Source: Eubacteriales bacterium
GTDB lineage: Bacteria > Bacillota > Clostridia > Christensenellales > Aristaeellaceae
Assembly (NCBI GenBank): GCA_031549325.1
Contig: JAVBQA010000018.1
Span: 18,621-82,620 of the forward strand
Length of the DNA: 64,000 nt
Direction of reading: 5' to 3'
Shown one piece after another: positions 7,796 to 18,285 of this stretch (position 1 is its first letter; each line of letters starts with the position of its first letter). The position numbers were made by a program, and so were the translations under genes. The notes below the pieces were generated by a model that did not search any database, had not been told where the DNA came from, and worked only from the letters and a program-made list of their open reading frames with translations.

Positions 7796-9553
7796 TTACT
7801 TGGCGATCATGGCCTGCACCCGGCTGATCAGCCCGGCGTCGGCCATGCAGACAACCTGCACGCCCTGCTCGGTGTACTCCTCGCTGAGCACCTGGCCGCG
7901 CTCGTGCAGCAGGTTCAGCGCCGCGCCCTTGCTGAAGGGGATGGACAGCTCCACCTTGTGCCGGAGCTGCGCGACGCGACCCGAGATCGCCTCGGTCAGC
8001 CGATCCAGGCCCATGCCCTTCTCGGCCGAGATCAGGATGGCGTCCCTCGGCTCGATCACGTCGGTCACCGGCGCGATGTCGGCCTTGTTCAGCGCCTCCA
8101 GCACCGGCTTGTCGCCCGCGCCCAAGTCCTTCAGCACGTCGAACACCACGGCGCGCTGCTCCTCATATTGGGAGGAACTGAGGTCGGACACCACCACCAG
8201 CAGGTCGGCGAAGAGCGCCTCTTCCAGCGTGGATTTGAACGCGTCCACCAGCTGGTGGGGCAGCTTTTTGATGAAGCCTACCGTGTCGACCAACAGGCAC
8301 TCGCGGTTCTCGGGCAGGGAGATCTTGCGCATGACCGGGTCCAGCGTGGCGAACAGCTTGTCCTCCACCAGCACGTCGCTGCCCGCGAGCGCGTTGAGCA
8401 GCGTGGATTTGCCGGCGTTGGTGTAGCCCACCAGCGCCACCACCACCTGCTCGGTCTTCTTGCGGCGGGCCCTGCGCATGTCGCGCTGTTTCCCCAGCTC
8501 CGCGATCTCCTTGTTCAGGTCGTCGATGCGCTTCCTTATGCGCCGCCTGTCGACCTCGAGCTGCGTCTCGCCCGGGCCGCGCGTGCCGATGCCGCCGCCC
8601 AGGCGCGACAGCTGCGCGCCCAGCCCCATCAGCCGGGGCAGCCGGTACTTCAGCTGCGCCAGCTCCACCTGCAGCTTGCCCTCGCGGCTCTCGGCGCGGC
8701 GGGCGAAGATATCCAAAATCAGCGCGGTGCGGTCGATCACGCGCACGCCCAGCACGCGCTCCAGGTTTCGCTGCTGCGCGCCGGTCAGCTCGTCGTCAAA
8801 GATCACCAGGTCGATCTGCTCGGCCTGGCACTGCATGGCCAGCTCCTCGGCCTTGCCGCTGCCGATGTAGGTGCCCGGATCGGGCCTGTTCCGGTTCTGC
8901 AGCGCGCGGCCAACCACGATCGCGCCCGCGGTGGACGCGAGGCTGTTCAGCTCGTCCAGGCTGCGCTCGTCGTCGGTTGAGACCAGCAGCGCCTTCTCGA
9001 CCTCTTCAGTCACGTCCATCTCGCGGATGGCCTGCTCCACGCGGCGGTCGGCCAGCTCGATCTCGTGCATCCACAGGTTCTGCGGGATGCGGCCGGGTTT
9101 TACCGGGCCAAAGCTGACGATGGACAGCTGGCCGTATTCGACTTCGCCCAGGAACGCCGCGCTGATGCCGGTGGCCAGGCCTCCTTCCACGCCCACGGCG
9201 CACATGGCGTCAAAGCGCAGCAGCCGCAGCGCCTGCTCGTCCACGTCGGAAAGCCGCGCGCTGCCGCCCGGATGGGTGTGGATGCAGCGGATGCCGGAGA
9301 GCCGCTCCACGTTTCGCCGCAGGTGCCGCTCGGGCAAGCCCACGCTGGCGATGGAGCCGACGGCGATCTCCAGGATCGTGCCCTCGCGGGTCATGTAGAC
9401 CATCAGCTCCCGGTTCAGCGCGTCGGTGTGTCGGATCAGCAGGTTCAGCAGCCTGTCCGGCAGGAACAGGTCGCGCTCAAACTCCATGTCGTACAGCTTC
9501 TCCAGCTCTTGCAGCACGGAATCGCGAATGCCCTCGATGTTGCCGTGTATCAT
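7796..9553 (-). CDS. hflX: GTPase HflX with an N-terminal JAB/RadC-like extension
   Basis: 585 aa. HflX core: GYTNAGKSTLLNAL (G1), DTVGFI (G3), NKAD (G4), and the preceding HflX N-domain (DRTALILDIFARRA, LQVELAQLKYRLPRL). About 185 extra N-terminal residues contain IHTHPGGSARLSDVD. AAGGGGGAAA RBS before ATG 9553. Confidence 0.9.
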   Translation of the reverse strand: MIHGNIEGIRDSVLQELEKLYDMEFERDLFLPDRLLNLLIRHTDALNRELMVYMTREGTILEIAVGSIASVGLPERHLRRNVERLSGIRCIHTHPGGSARLSDVDEQALRLLRFDAMCAVGVEGGLATGISAAFLGEVEYGQLSIVSFGPVKPGRIPQNLWMHEIELADRRVEQAIREMDVTEEVEKALLVSTDDERSLDELNSLASTAGAIVVGRALQNRNRPDPGTYIGSGKAEELAMQCQAEQIDLVIFDDELTGAQQRNLERVLGVRVIDRTALILDIFARRAESREGKLQVELAQLKYRLPRLMGLGAQLSRLGGGIGTRGPGETQLEVDRRRIRKRIDDLNKEIAELGKQRDMRRARRKKTEQVVVALVGYTNAGKSTLLNALAGSDVLVEDKLFATLDPVMRKISLPENRECLLVDTVGFIKKLPHQLVDAFKSTLEEALFADLLVVVSDLSSSQYEEQRAVVFDVLKDLGAGDKPVLEALNKADIAPVTDVIEPRDAILISAEKGMGLDRLTEAISGRVAQLRHKVELSIPFSKGAALNLLHERGQVLSEEYTEQGVQVVCMADAGLISRVQAMIAK

Positions 9554-9672
9554 TCGGTTTCCCCCTTATAGGGACGATGCGGGGCGAAGCCCCGCACCCC
9601 GCTCAAGGGACCTTGTCCCTTGGGCCTCCCGTGTTTATTCAGTTGGCGGCGTCCCGGGCGTCCGCCTCTAAG

Positions 9673-10059
9673 CTACGCCGAGATCTCCCCGGCGTCGAGC
9701 CGGTTTTTGTAGTCCTTGATGGCCTCGTGCAGCGCCTCTTCGGCCAGGATGGAGCAGTGGATCTTCACCGGCGGCAGCCCGCCCAGGGACTCGGCCACCA
9801 TCTTGTTGGTGACCATGAGCGCCTCGTCGATGGTTTTGCCCATCACCATTTCGGTGGCCTTGCTGGAGGTGGCGATGGCCGCGCCGCAGCCAAAGGTCTT
9901 GAACTTTACGTCGGTGATGACGCCGTTTTCGACCTTGATGTCGATTTTCATGATGTCGCCGCACTTGGCGTTGCCCACCGTGCCGGTGCCGCTGGCGTTC
10001 TCAATCTCGCCCACGTTGCGCGGGTTCATGAAGTGGTCCATAACTTGCTCGGTGTACAT
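9673..10059 (-). CDS. nifU: Fe-S cluster assembly scaffold NifU/IscU
   Basis: 128 aa. MDHFMNPRNVG, GNAKCGDIM, TFGCGAAIATSS: the three conserved scaffold cysteines. Confidence 0.95.
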   Translation of the reverse strand: MYTEQVMDHFMNPRNVGEIENASGTGTVGNAKCGDIMKIDIKVENGVITDVKFKTFGCGAAIATSSKATEMVMGKTIDEALMVTNKMVAESLGGLPPVKIHCSILAEEALHEAIKDYKNRLDAGEISA

Positions 10060-10102
10060 GATGCAACCTTCTTTCTGTGTATCCTCACGGGGATGCGGGG
10101 CG

Positions 10103-11269
10103 TCAGCCCGCGCTATGGTACAATGGGCTCATCTCGCGCAGCCGCGTGACGACCTTGGTCAGGGCGGCGATGGTGCGCTCGACTTCCTCCATGGTGTTGT
10201 CTTCAGAGAGGGAGAGCCGCAGCGAGCCGTGGGCGATCTCGTGGGGAAGCCCGATGGCCAGCAGCACGTGGGACGGATCCAGCGAGCCGCTGGTGCAGGC
10301 CGAGCCGCTGGAGCCCGCAATGCCTTCCAAATCCATGCCGATCAGGATGCCTTCGCCCTCGATGTAACGGATGGATACGTTGCAGTTACCGGGCAGCCGC
10401 TTGGTGGGGTGGCCGTTCAGCCGGGTCTGCGGGATGGCCGCCATGATGCCCTCGATCAGGCGGTCGCGCAGTTTCGTGAGTTTCTCGTTGTGGGCCTGCA
10501 TGTTCTGGGTGGCCAGCTCGATGGCTTTGCCCATGCCGATGATGCCGGCCATGTTCTCGGTGCCCGCGCGCTGGGTGCGCTCCTGTGCGCCGCCCACGAT
10601 CAGCGGCTGAATCTTCAGGCCCTGGCGGATGTACAGCGCGCCCACGCCCTTGGGCGCGTGGAACTTGTGGCCGGACAGCGACAGCAGGTCGATGTTCATT
10701 TTCTTTACGTCGATCGGGATCGAGCCGATGGCCTGCACCGCGTCGGTGTGGAACAGCGCGCCGTGCGCCCTGGCGATCTTCGCCAGCTCTTCGACGGGCT
10801 CGATGGTGCCGATCTCGTTGTTGGCCATCATCACGGACACCAGCGTGGTGTCCGGCCGGATGGCCTTTTCAAGGTCCTGAGGGTTCACCAGGCCGAACTC
10901 GTCCACCGGCAGGTAGGTGGCCTCAAAGCCCTCTTTTTCAAGCGCCTCGAACACATGCAGCACCGCGTGGTGCTCGATGGCGCTGGTGATGATGTGCTTG
11001 CCCTTTTGGGCGTTTGCGTATGCCGCGCCGCGAATGGCCCAGTTGTCGGATTCGGTGCCGCAGCCGGTGAAGTAGATCTCCCTCGGCTCGGCGCCGAGCG
11101 CCCTGGCCACCTGCTTGCGCGCGTCCTCCAGCGCGATGCGCGCCTCGCGGCCGAAGGCATGTACACTCGACGGGTTGCCGTAGGCGTTCGTCAGGTACGG
11201 CAGCATCGCTTCGAGCACCGGCTCGGTCACCCGCGTGGTCGCGGCGTTGTCCATGTAGATGCGGTCCAT
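10103..11269 (-). CDS. nifS: cysteine desulfurase NifS
   Basis: 388 aa. YMDNAATT N-terminus, PLP lysine motif [15 protein letters not shown], active-site loop [20 protein letters not shown]. Confidence 0.95.
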   Translation of the reverse strand: MDRIYMDNAATTRVTEPVLEAMLPYLTNAYGNPSSVHAFGREARIALEDARKQVARALGAEPREIYFTGCGTESDNWAIRGAAYANAQKGKHIITSAIEHHAVLHVFEALEKEGFEATYLPVDEFGLVNPQDLEKAIRPDTTLVSVMMANNEIGTIEPVEELAKIARAHGALFHTDAVQAIGSIPIDVKKMNIDLLSLSGHKFHAPKGVGALYIRQGLKIQPLIVGGAQERTQRAGTENMAGIIGMGKAIELATQNMQAHNEKLTKLRDRLIEGIMAAIPQTRLNGHPTKRLPGNCNVSIRYIEGEGILIGMDLEGIAGSSGSACTSGSLDPSHVLLAIGLPHEIAHGSLRLSLSEDNTMEEVERTIAALTKVVTRLREMSPLYHSAG

Positions 11270-11272
11270 GTG

Positions 11273-11704
11273 TCAGCCCTCCTGTATTGCAATCAGCCGT
11301 TCGTGATCGTCCAGCATGTCCTGCAGCGTGATCCCGTCCACGATCTGGTTCAGCCCGTCGTGCAGCTTCTGCCACACGATGCGGGTGGGGCAGGAGCACG
11401 CCTTGTGGCAGGCGTCTTCCTCCAGGATGCAGTCCACCAGCGCCAGCCCGCCCTCCAGCGAGCGCAGCACCTCGCCCACGGTGATCTCCCCGGGCGCTCG
11501 GGACAGCTGATAGCCGCCCTGCGCGCCGCGCACGCTGGTCACCAGGCCGGATTTGCGCAGAATCGCGATCAGCTGCTCGAGATATGCCTCCGGGATGGCC
11601 TGCCGCTCGGCGATCGCCTTGATCGATTGCGGGCCCTCGGCGCACATCTGCGCCAGGTCGTACATCGCGTGGATGCCGTACCGCCCGCGTGTGGATAGTT
11701 TCAC
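11273..11704 (-). CDS. Rrf2 family transcriptional regulator (IscR/CymR-like)
   Basis: 143 aa. MKLSTRGRYGIHAMYDLA wHTH start. Cys residues (CILEEDACHKACSC) compatible with cluster ligation. First gene of the nifS-nifU operon. Confidence 0.9.
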   Translation of the reverse strand: MKLSTRGRYGIHAMYDLAQMCAEGPQSIKAIAERQAIPEAYLEQLIAILRKSGLVTSVRGAQGGYQLSRAPGEITVGEVLRSLEGGLALVDCILEEDACHKACSCPTRIVWQKLHDGLNQIVDGITLQDMLDDHERLIAIQEG

Positions 11705-11772
11705 CGGCGTTCGCCTCCGAATCTTTGCTGCGGATCAATCCCGACCAATTTTGTCCGGTATTCTCCACGGCT

Positions 11773-11801
11773 ATTCTATCACCGCAAAAACACCGCGTCA
11801 A
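11773..11801 (-). promoter_or_regulatory. near-consensus sigma-A promoter of the rrf2-nifS-nifU operon
   Basis: Minus strand reads TTGACG (11801-11796), 17-nt spacer, TAGAAT (11778-11773). Confidence 0.6.
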
Positions 11802-11830
11802 CCGGTGTGACGGGAAATCCGATCATTTTA

Positions 11831-11850
11831 CTCGAAATTAGCATTTCGAG
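11831..11850. promoter_or_regulatory. 20-bp palindrome (8-4-8); candidate regulator binding site
   Basis: CTCGAAAT-tagc-ATTTCGAG has perfect 8-bp arms. It lies about 30 bp upstream of the -35 of the rrf2 operon promoter. Confidence 0.35.
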
Positions 11851-11972
11851 AGAAAACGCGCTGCCGGATACGGGATCCGCCCCCGCGAACCCATAGCTCG
11901 CGGGGGCGGATTGGATCGGTTTGTTTGCGCGGGATTCCCGGGGGAGGCGGTGTGCCTTGCGGGGCAACGCCT

Positions 11973-13226
11973 TTACGCAATCACGCCGTCCGGATACAGC
12001 GGAAAGTTTTCGCACAGGCGGATGACGTCGGCCTTGACCGGCGCGATGGCGGATTCTCCCTCGCGGATCAGGCGGGCGATGAAGCCGGCGATCTTTTCCA
12101 TCTCGGGCTCCTTCATGCCGCGGGTGGTGACGGCGGGGGTGCCCACGCGGATGCCGCTGGTGATGAAGGGGCTGAGCGTTTCAAACGGGATGGTGTTCTT
12201 GTTGACGGTGATGTTGGCCTGAACCAGCAGCTTTTCCAGGTCCTTGCCGGTGACGCCGGTGCCGGTCAGGTTGATGAGCATCAGGTGGTTGTCGGTGCCG
12301 CCCGAGACCAGCTTGACGCCGTTGTCCATAAGAGCCTTGGCCAGCGCCTGGGCATTCAGGATGATCTGGTGCTGATACGCCTTGAACTCCGGCTGCATGG
12401 CCTCCTGGAAGCTGACAGCCTTGGCGGCGATGATGTGCATCAGGGGGCCCCCCTGGATGCCGGGGAAGATGGCCTTGTCGATCTGCTTGGCGAACTGTTC
12501 CTTGCACAGGATCATGCCGCCGCGCGGGCCGCGCAGGGTCTTGTGGGTGGTGGTGGTGACGATGTCGGCGTAGGGCACGGGATTCGGGTGCTCGCCGGTG
12601 GCCACCAGGCCCGCGATGTGGGCCATGTCCACCATCAGCAGGGCGCCCACCTCGTCGGCGATCTGGCGGAACAGGTCGAAGCGCAGCGTGCGCGGGTAGG
12701 CGCTGGCGCCGGCCACGATCATTTTGGGCTTGGCCTCATGGGCCAGCTTGCGCAGTGCGTCGTAGTCGATCTGCTCGTCTCGTTCGCTGACGCCGTAGGG
12801 CACAATGTTGAAGTACTTGCCCGAGATGTTCACCGGGCTGCCGTGGGTCAGGTGTCCGCCGTGCGCCAGGTTCATGCCCAGAATCGTGTCGCCCGGCGCC
12901 AGCAGCGCGAAGTACACCGCGGTGTTGGCCTGAGCGCCCGAGTGGGCCTGTACGTTGGCGTGGTCAGCGCCGAACAGCTGCTTGGCGCGCTCGATGGCCA
13001 GGGACTCGGCCACGTCCACGCACTCACAGCCGCCGTAGTAGCGCTTGCCGGGATAGCCCTCGGCGTACTTGTTGGTCAGGTGCGTGCCCATGGCGGCCAG
13101 CACGGCGGGGCTCACAAAGTTTTCGGAAGCGATCAGCTCGATGTGCTGGCGCTGGCGGGCAAGCTCCGCCGCCAGAACATCGGCAATCTCGGGATCCACC
13201 GCGCGCACGACCTTGAAATCCATCAT
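11973..13226 (-). CDS. glyA: serine hydroxymethyltransferase
   Basis: ORF 11973..13250. SHMT signature [14 protein letters not shown] (PLP lysine) and ELIASENF. Start at ATG 13226 after a G-run RBS. Confidence 0.95.
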   Translation of the reverse strand: MMDFKVVRAVDPEIADVLAAELARQRQHIELIASENFVSPAVLAAMGTHLTNKYAEGYPGKRYYGGCECVDVAESLAIERAKQLFGADHANVQAHSGAQANTAVYFALLAPGDTILGMNLAHGGHLTHGSPVNISGKYFNIVPYGVSERDEQIDYDALRKLAHEAKPKMIVAGASAYPRTLRFDLFRQIADEVGALLMVDMAHIAGLVATGEHPNPVPYADIVTTTTHKTLRGPRGGMILCKEQFAKQIDKAIFPGIQGGPLMHIIAAKAVSFQEAMQPEFKAYQHQIILNAQALAKALMDNGVKLVSGGTDNHLMLINLTGTGVTGKDLEKLLVQANITVNKNTIPFETLSPFITSGIRVGTPAVTTRGMKEPEMEKIAGFIARLIREGESAIAPVKADVIRLCENFPLYPDGVIA

Positions 13227-13316
13227 AAAAATACCCCCCCGAATCCTCAATCTTTCTTTATTATACGAAAGCGTTTCGGGAAGTTCAATAGATTTGTGTC
13301 ATTGTTGACAGGGTTT

Positions 13317-14360
13317 TCACATTGCGCGCTTGTCGGGCGGGGAGGGGTGAAGCGGCTCGGGCGGCGGCAGCACGGGCTTGGCGCCGCTTGTCTGCGCTGT
13401 GCCGGTGGGCAGATCCACCTCGACGCGGGTGCCCTGCCCCAGGGCGCTCTCCAGGCGCACGCAGCCACCGTGCTGCTGGGCAATGGCCTTGACGTTGGGA
13501 AGCCCGAGCCCGCTGCCCGCGCCGTGATCCCGGGCGGTGACGAAGCGATCAAACACGCGCGCCAGAATGTCCGGCGGAATGCCCGATCCGCTGTCGGTGA
13601 CGCTCAGCTGAAACTGGGTGTCGCTGGTCAGATCCAAGCGCATCTGCACCACGCCGCCCTCGGGCGTGTGCTTAAACGAGTTGCTGAGCAGGTTCAGCGC
13701 CAGCCGGTTCATCAGTTCCGGATCGACCAGCGCGTACAAAAAAGGCACATTGGCACGAAAATGCAGCTTCACGCCCCGGCTCATGGCGATGGGCATCATC
13801 TGAATGCACAGCGAGCGCATGCGCGCCACCAGGTCGCAGCGCTGGCGGTTCGGCGCTTGGATGGAGGCGAAGCTCAGCGCGTTCTCGGACAGGTTGTCGA
13901 TTAGGTTCAGCAGGTTTTGGCAGCCGGACAGCACGGTTTGCAGCGGCTGCTCAAGCTGGTATTGCAGCGCCCCCTGCGCGGTGAAGGCCAGCGAGCTCAG
14001 CGTGTTGACGCTCTCCGTCACCAGCCGGATGGGCAGCTTCCAGTCGTGCAGCACCCGCACGAGCAGCAGCTGCAAGTCGCTCCGCAGGGTGCCGGCGGGC
14101 ATCGAGATCAGCAGCGCGCCGCGCGTGCCCACGATCAGCAGCGCGCTGCGCGGCAGGCCGTCGCCCACCAGCAGGCACCGCCGCAGCACCCGGCATCCAG
14201 GGCGGACCTGGGGGCGATAGGCCATGGACAGCTCGGCTTCCCTGGAGAAGCGGCGAAGAATGTTGAATTCAGCGTCCATTAGAAGTATTGAGCGATGGCG
14301 AAACAGAGAGGTATGCAGCGCTCTGCGGGGTCTTGTGAGCAGAACGGATGGGGATAACAT
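13317..14360 (-). CDS. cytoplasmic sensor histidine kinase (orphan)
   Basis: 347 aa, no TM segment. H-box-like HDWKLPIRLV. HATPase_c N/G boxes LLSNSFKHTPEGG, DSGSGIPPD, GSGLGLPNVKAI. GAGGTGA RBS before ATG 14360. No adjacent response regulator. Confidence 0.8.
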   Translation of the reverse strand: MLSPSVLLTRPRRALHTSLFRHRSILLMDAEFNILRRFSREAELSMAYRPQVRPGCRVLRRCLLVGDGLPRSALLIVGTRGALLISMPAGTLRSDLQLLLVRVLHDWKLPIRLVTESVNTLSSLAFTAQGALQYQLEQPLQTVLSGCQNLLNLIDNLSENALSFASIQAPNRQRCDLVARMRSLCIQMMPIAMSRGVKLHFRANVPFLYALVDPELMNRLALNLLSNSFKHTPEGGVVQMRLDLTSDTQFQLSVTDSGSGIPPDILARVFDRFVTARDHGAGSGLGLPNVKAIAQQHGGCVRLESALGQGTRVEVDLPTGTAQTSGAKPVLPPPEPLHPSPPDKRAM

Positions 14361-14512
14361 TGTGTAATCACCTCAAACAATCCATCGTATATTGATCGTA
14401 TCACACAAAAACCCGAAAATCAACCTTAAAAAGTCACAAAGAAGATATTTTTGTTACAAAAACTGTCGAAAATTGTAAAATAATTCTCAGAGATACCATT
14501 TGCAATTTGCGC

Positions 14513-14541
14513 TTGACAGGGGAAACGCCGGGTGATATAAT
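14513..14541 (+). promoter_or_regulatory. consensus sigma-A promoter of clpB
   Basis: TTGACA (14513-14518), 17-nt spacer, TATAAT (14536-14541). Confidence 0.75.
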
Positions 14542-14558
14542 AGTCAAAGAAAGTCAAA
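14542..14558 (+). promoter_or_regulatory. CtsR operator (heptad direct repeat)
   Basis: AGTCAAA-GAA-AGTCAAA matches the CtsR consensus RGTCAAA-NAN-RGTCAAA. It abuts the -10 box of a class III heat-shock type gene (clpB). Confidence 0.75.
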
Positions 14559-14589
14559 TATGCTGAACTGGCCGAAGGAGGCGTCTCAT

Positions 14590-17196
<2,607 letters not shown>

Positions 17197-17349
17197 GGGG
17201 ATTTTGCATAACAGAAAACCTGCGAAAATGGGGGGAATAGCGAAATAAATCAATTTGCTTGACAAGCCCGAAATCCATCTGCTATATTCAAAATACAATC
17301 CACTTCGATGCGTGTTGGCGGGACGCCAAGTAACGGAAAGGACACGAGA

Positions 17350-17973
17350 ATGCCGAGACAACGGGGGCAGCAGGAAGAGTCTGGTCGCAAACTTGCCATG
17401 CCATATGTAACCAGCGAGATGGCATCCATCATGCGGCATGTGGAGCTGGAACTCGATGATTCGACGCTCGTGCAGAGCTTGCACTTCAGCCCGACGGCGC
17501 TGTCGCTTGTGCGGCGGGTGATGATGTCCCAGGGGCATGTCATCACCGACACCATGCTGGCGCTGGACGAGGCAAACAACGAAATCGCGCGGCGGCTGAA
17601 CATTTCGCTGCGCTGCTACATCGATGATCCCGGGGTGGTGGGACTGGCCGAGCAGCGGCACATCACCCGCGCCGAGGTCGCCCTGGATCACGCGCTGTCC
17701 CTGCACGGGGCCAAGCTGTTGGTGATCGGCAGCGCGCCCATGGCGCTCAACCGGCTGCTCATCCGCAGGCAGGCGGGTCCGCTCCACGATCTGGTGGTGC
17801 TGGGCATGCCCACCGGATTCGCCAGCGTGGTGCAGCTGAAGGAGCGGCTCTGGGGGAGCGACATTCCGTGCATCGTGGTGCGCGGCAAACGGGGGGGCGC
17901 CAAGGTTTGCGGCGCGGTGCTCAACGCGCTGATGGCCGCCTCGGCCCGGGAACAGAATCTGATCGTCCGTTAG
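17350..17973 (+). CDS. precorrin-8X methylmutase (CbiC/CobH) family protein, orphan
   Basis: ORF 17308..17973. VIGSAPMALNRL, LGMPTGFASVVQLKE and VRGKRGGAKVCGAVLNAL resemble CbiC/CobH blocks. Start is uncertain (ATG 17350 with GGAAAGGA, or ATG 17398). Confidence 0.7.
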   Translation: MPRQRGQQEESGRKLAMPYVTSEMASIMRHVELELDDSTLVQSLHFSPTALSLVRRVMMSQGHVITDTMLALDEANNEIARRLNISLRCYIDDPGVVGLAEQRHITRAEVALDHALSLHGAKLLVIGSAPMALNRLLIRRQAGPLHDLVVLGMPTGFASVVQLKERLWGSDIPCIVVRGKRGGAKVCGAVLNALMAASAREQNLIVR

Positions 17974-17982
17974 CACAAAGCT

Positions 17983-18021
17983 GCGCGGGGGCCCGAACCT
18001 TTAAGGTTCGGGCCCCCGCTT
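17983..18021. repeat. left copy of the duplicated 39-nt terminator hairpin flanking repeat copy B
   Basis: GCGCGGGGGCCCGAACCTTTAAGGTTCGGGCCCCCGCTT has a 17-bp perfect stem. It is 38/39 identical to 18247-18285. Confidence 0.9.
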
Positions 18022-18246
18022 CAGGCTGTCAAAATACTTTGTCTTTTGACAGCGAAATGCAAGTCTTGTGAATCAGGGATTCACGGGCAGACTTGCATCC
18101 AGTGCGGAAATCGCCTGCGGGCGCGCAGGTCGCCCTTCGGCGGCTTTGATCCGGGGACTTCGGCCCCCGAAAACCCCCTTGGGCTTGGCTGCTTCTGGAA
18201 GCTCAACATTCCCTCCCTGCATGCCAGATACTTTTTTGACAGCCTG
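18022..18246 (+). mobile_element. 225-bp TIR-bounded hairpin-rich non-coding element (MITE-like), copy B
   Basis: 13-bp perfect terminal inverted repeats CAGGCTGTCAAAA / TTTTGACAGCCTG. The internal sequence is a chain of stem-loops. Same length and largely the same sequence as 44257-44481. Confidence 0.85.
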
Positions 18247-18285
18247 GCGCGGGGGCCCGAACCTTTACGGTTCGGGCCCCCGCTT
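18247..18285. repeat. right copy of the duplicated 39-nt terminator hairpin flanking repeat copy B
   Basis: GCGCGGGGGCCCGAACCTTTACGGTTCGGGCCCCCGCTT has one loop-proximal mismatch relative to 17983-18021. Confidence 0.9.

Noticed and set aside
9571-9625. A possible fourth, degenerate fragment of the MITE-like element between nifU and hflX. GATGCGGGGCGAAGCCCCGCACCCC...CCTTGGGCC resembles GATCCGGGGACTTCGGCCCCCGAAAACCCCCTTGGGCTT.
   Set aside because: The similarity is limited to about 45 nt of GC hairpin and needs a 12-nt gap. There are no TIRs, and the flanking sequence does not continue the alignment. It may just be unrelated terminator-like hairpins.
11877-11909. A GC hairpin (CCGCCCCCGCGA...TCGCGGGGGCGG) downstream of glyA, considered as its terminator.
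   Set aside because: It is probably a terminator, but it lacks a clear T-run on the minus strand. It is therefore not listed as a confident feature.
13227-13316. A T-box or other leader upstream of glyA.
   Set aside because: The spacer holds only a TTGAAC-17-TATAAT promoter and a G-run RBS. It is too short for a T-box or riboswitch.
17197-17349. A cobalamin riboswitch upstream of the CbiC-like gene.
   Set aside because: The region is short and AT-rich, contains only a promoter-like TTGACA-18-TATATT, and has no B12-box-like GCCACTG core.
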